Assembly: GCA_963802945.1 (NCBI GenBank)
Contig: CAWDKY010000014.1
Coordinates: 64,001 to 128,000, forward strand
Length of the DNA: 64,000 nucleotides
Reading direction: 5' to 3'
Origin: an uncultured delta proteobacterium
Lineage (GTDB): Bacteria; Desulfobacterota; RBG-13-43-22
Each line of letters opens with the position of its first letter. Position 1 is the stretch's first letter. A program made the position numbers and the translations under genes. The notes beneath the pieces are model-generated. The model saw nothing but the letters and a program-made list of their open reading frames with translations. It ran no database searches and had not been told where the DNA came from. Of this stretch, positions 63,331 through 64,000 are shown one piece after another.

Positions 63331-63647
63331 TCATTCGAGGAACGGACTCAGGAGCAGCCCTTCTTTGAACTGGTTTGCGTTGAGCCATAGTCAAGTTTGA
63401 GCGGGGAGCCTTTGCCGAGATGTCGTTCAAAGATGTCGCCATAGTTGCCGACAGCCGCGAGAACTCGGCGCTGCCATCCCTTGTCCAGGCTCAACTCCTG
63501 CGCTGCGAACAGCATCGCTCCTGCGTCTCCTCCATACCAATGCGTTTCAGGCCTCTCCGCGCTGGTTAGCGTATTCACAGTCCAGGCGACGACCGCTGGC
63601 GGACTCGATGGAAAAAGAGCCCTTGAGAATTCTATCCGTTCTTTCAT
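63331..63647 (-). pseudogene. C-terminal remnant of an AapJ-like amino-acid ABC substrate-binding protein
   Basis: LDKGWQRRVLAAVGNYGDIFERHLGKGSPLKLDYG then shifted frame LNANQFKEGLLLSPFLE*; no N-terminal two-thirds present. Confidence 0.6.
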
Positions 63648-64000
63648 ACTGGAAAGCCTCAGACCCCTTTTGGACTTATCTTTTCGATTAGCTTTGAGGT
63701 TTCAGGATCGCCTTATTGTGTGGTTCTGAAAGAATCAAATCGAATTCTTCGGTTTTTAGGAGTTGTATGGCCTGCTGGAGTTGAACAGGGGAACGGATTA
63801 ATGTTCCCATTTTATTCAAAATAGGTTTTAGAAGAGTTCAGGAAGAAATCCTCAGGTTTTCTCAAACATGGCCGCACAGAACCGAATTCAACTCTTATCT
63901 ACTACTACACATTCGTGAACTGGATTTGAGGTGATGATTACGGGATGAAAGCAGCGTAATGTATTCAGCACAGACGAAAGCCAACAGGCTTTAGAAAATA

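Noticed and set aside
63650-64000. Possible gene or element at the right edge
   Set aside because: No sustained ORF; only a short weak similarity to 62465-62500, insufficient to call.

Overview
Chromosomal segment of an anaerobic bacterium, most likely Desulfobacterota/deltaproteobacterial (inferred from protein style and gene order). 1-35 kb is the complete core translation/transcription supercluster on the + strand: tRNA-Thr/Tyr/Gly/Thr, tuf, rpmG, tRNA-Trp, secE, nusG, rplKAJL, rpoBC, rpsLG, fusA, a second tuf, the S10, spc and alpha operons, and tRNA-fMet. Its larger spacers almost all hold long hairpins built from 7- or 8-nt tandem units. 35.2-49.1 kb is a glycerol catabolic operon in which glpAB are followed by hdrC, hdrB, a large HdrL-type HdrA and a probable MvhD-HdrD fusion, then glpK and glpP; a GlpP-type antiterminator leader lies upstream. 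49-64 kb is an accessory mosaic of unrelated catabolic/redox genes. Many are separated by same-orientation, variably truncated copies of a ~200-bp repeat that appears to be a decayed RHS/YD-repeat fragment with REP-like ends, which is a candidate cassette-accretion system. Single-base indels break several genes, including essential rplJ and rpoC, so frameshifts here are most likely sequencing/assembly errors.
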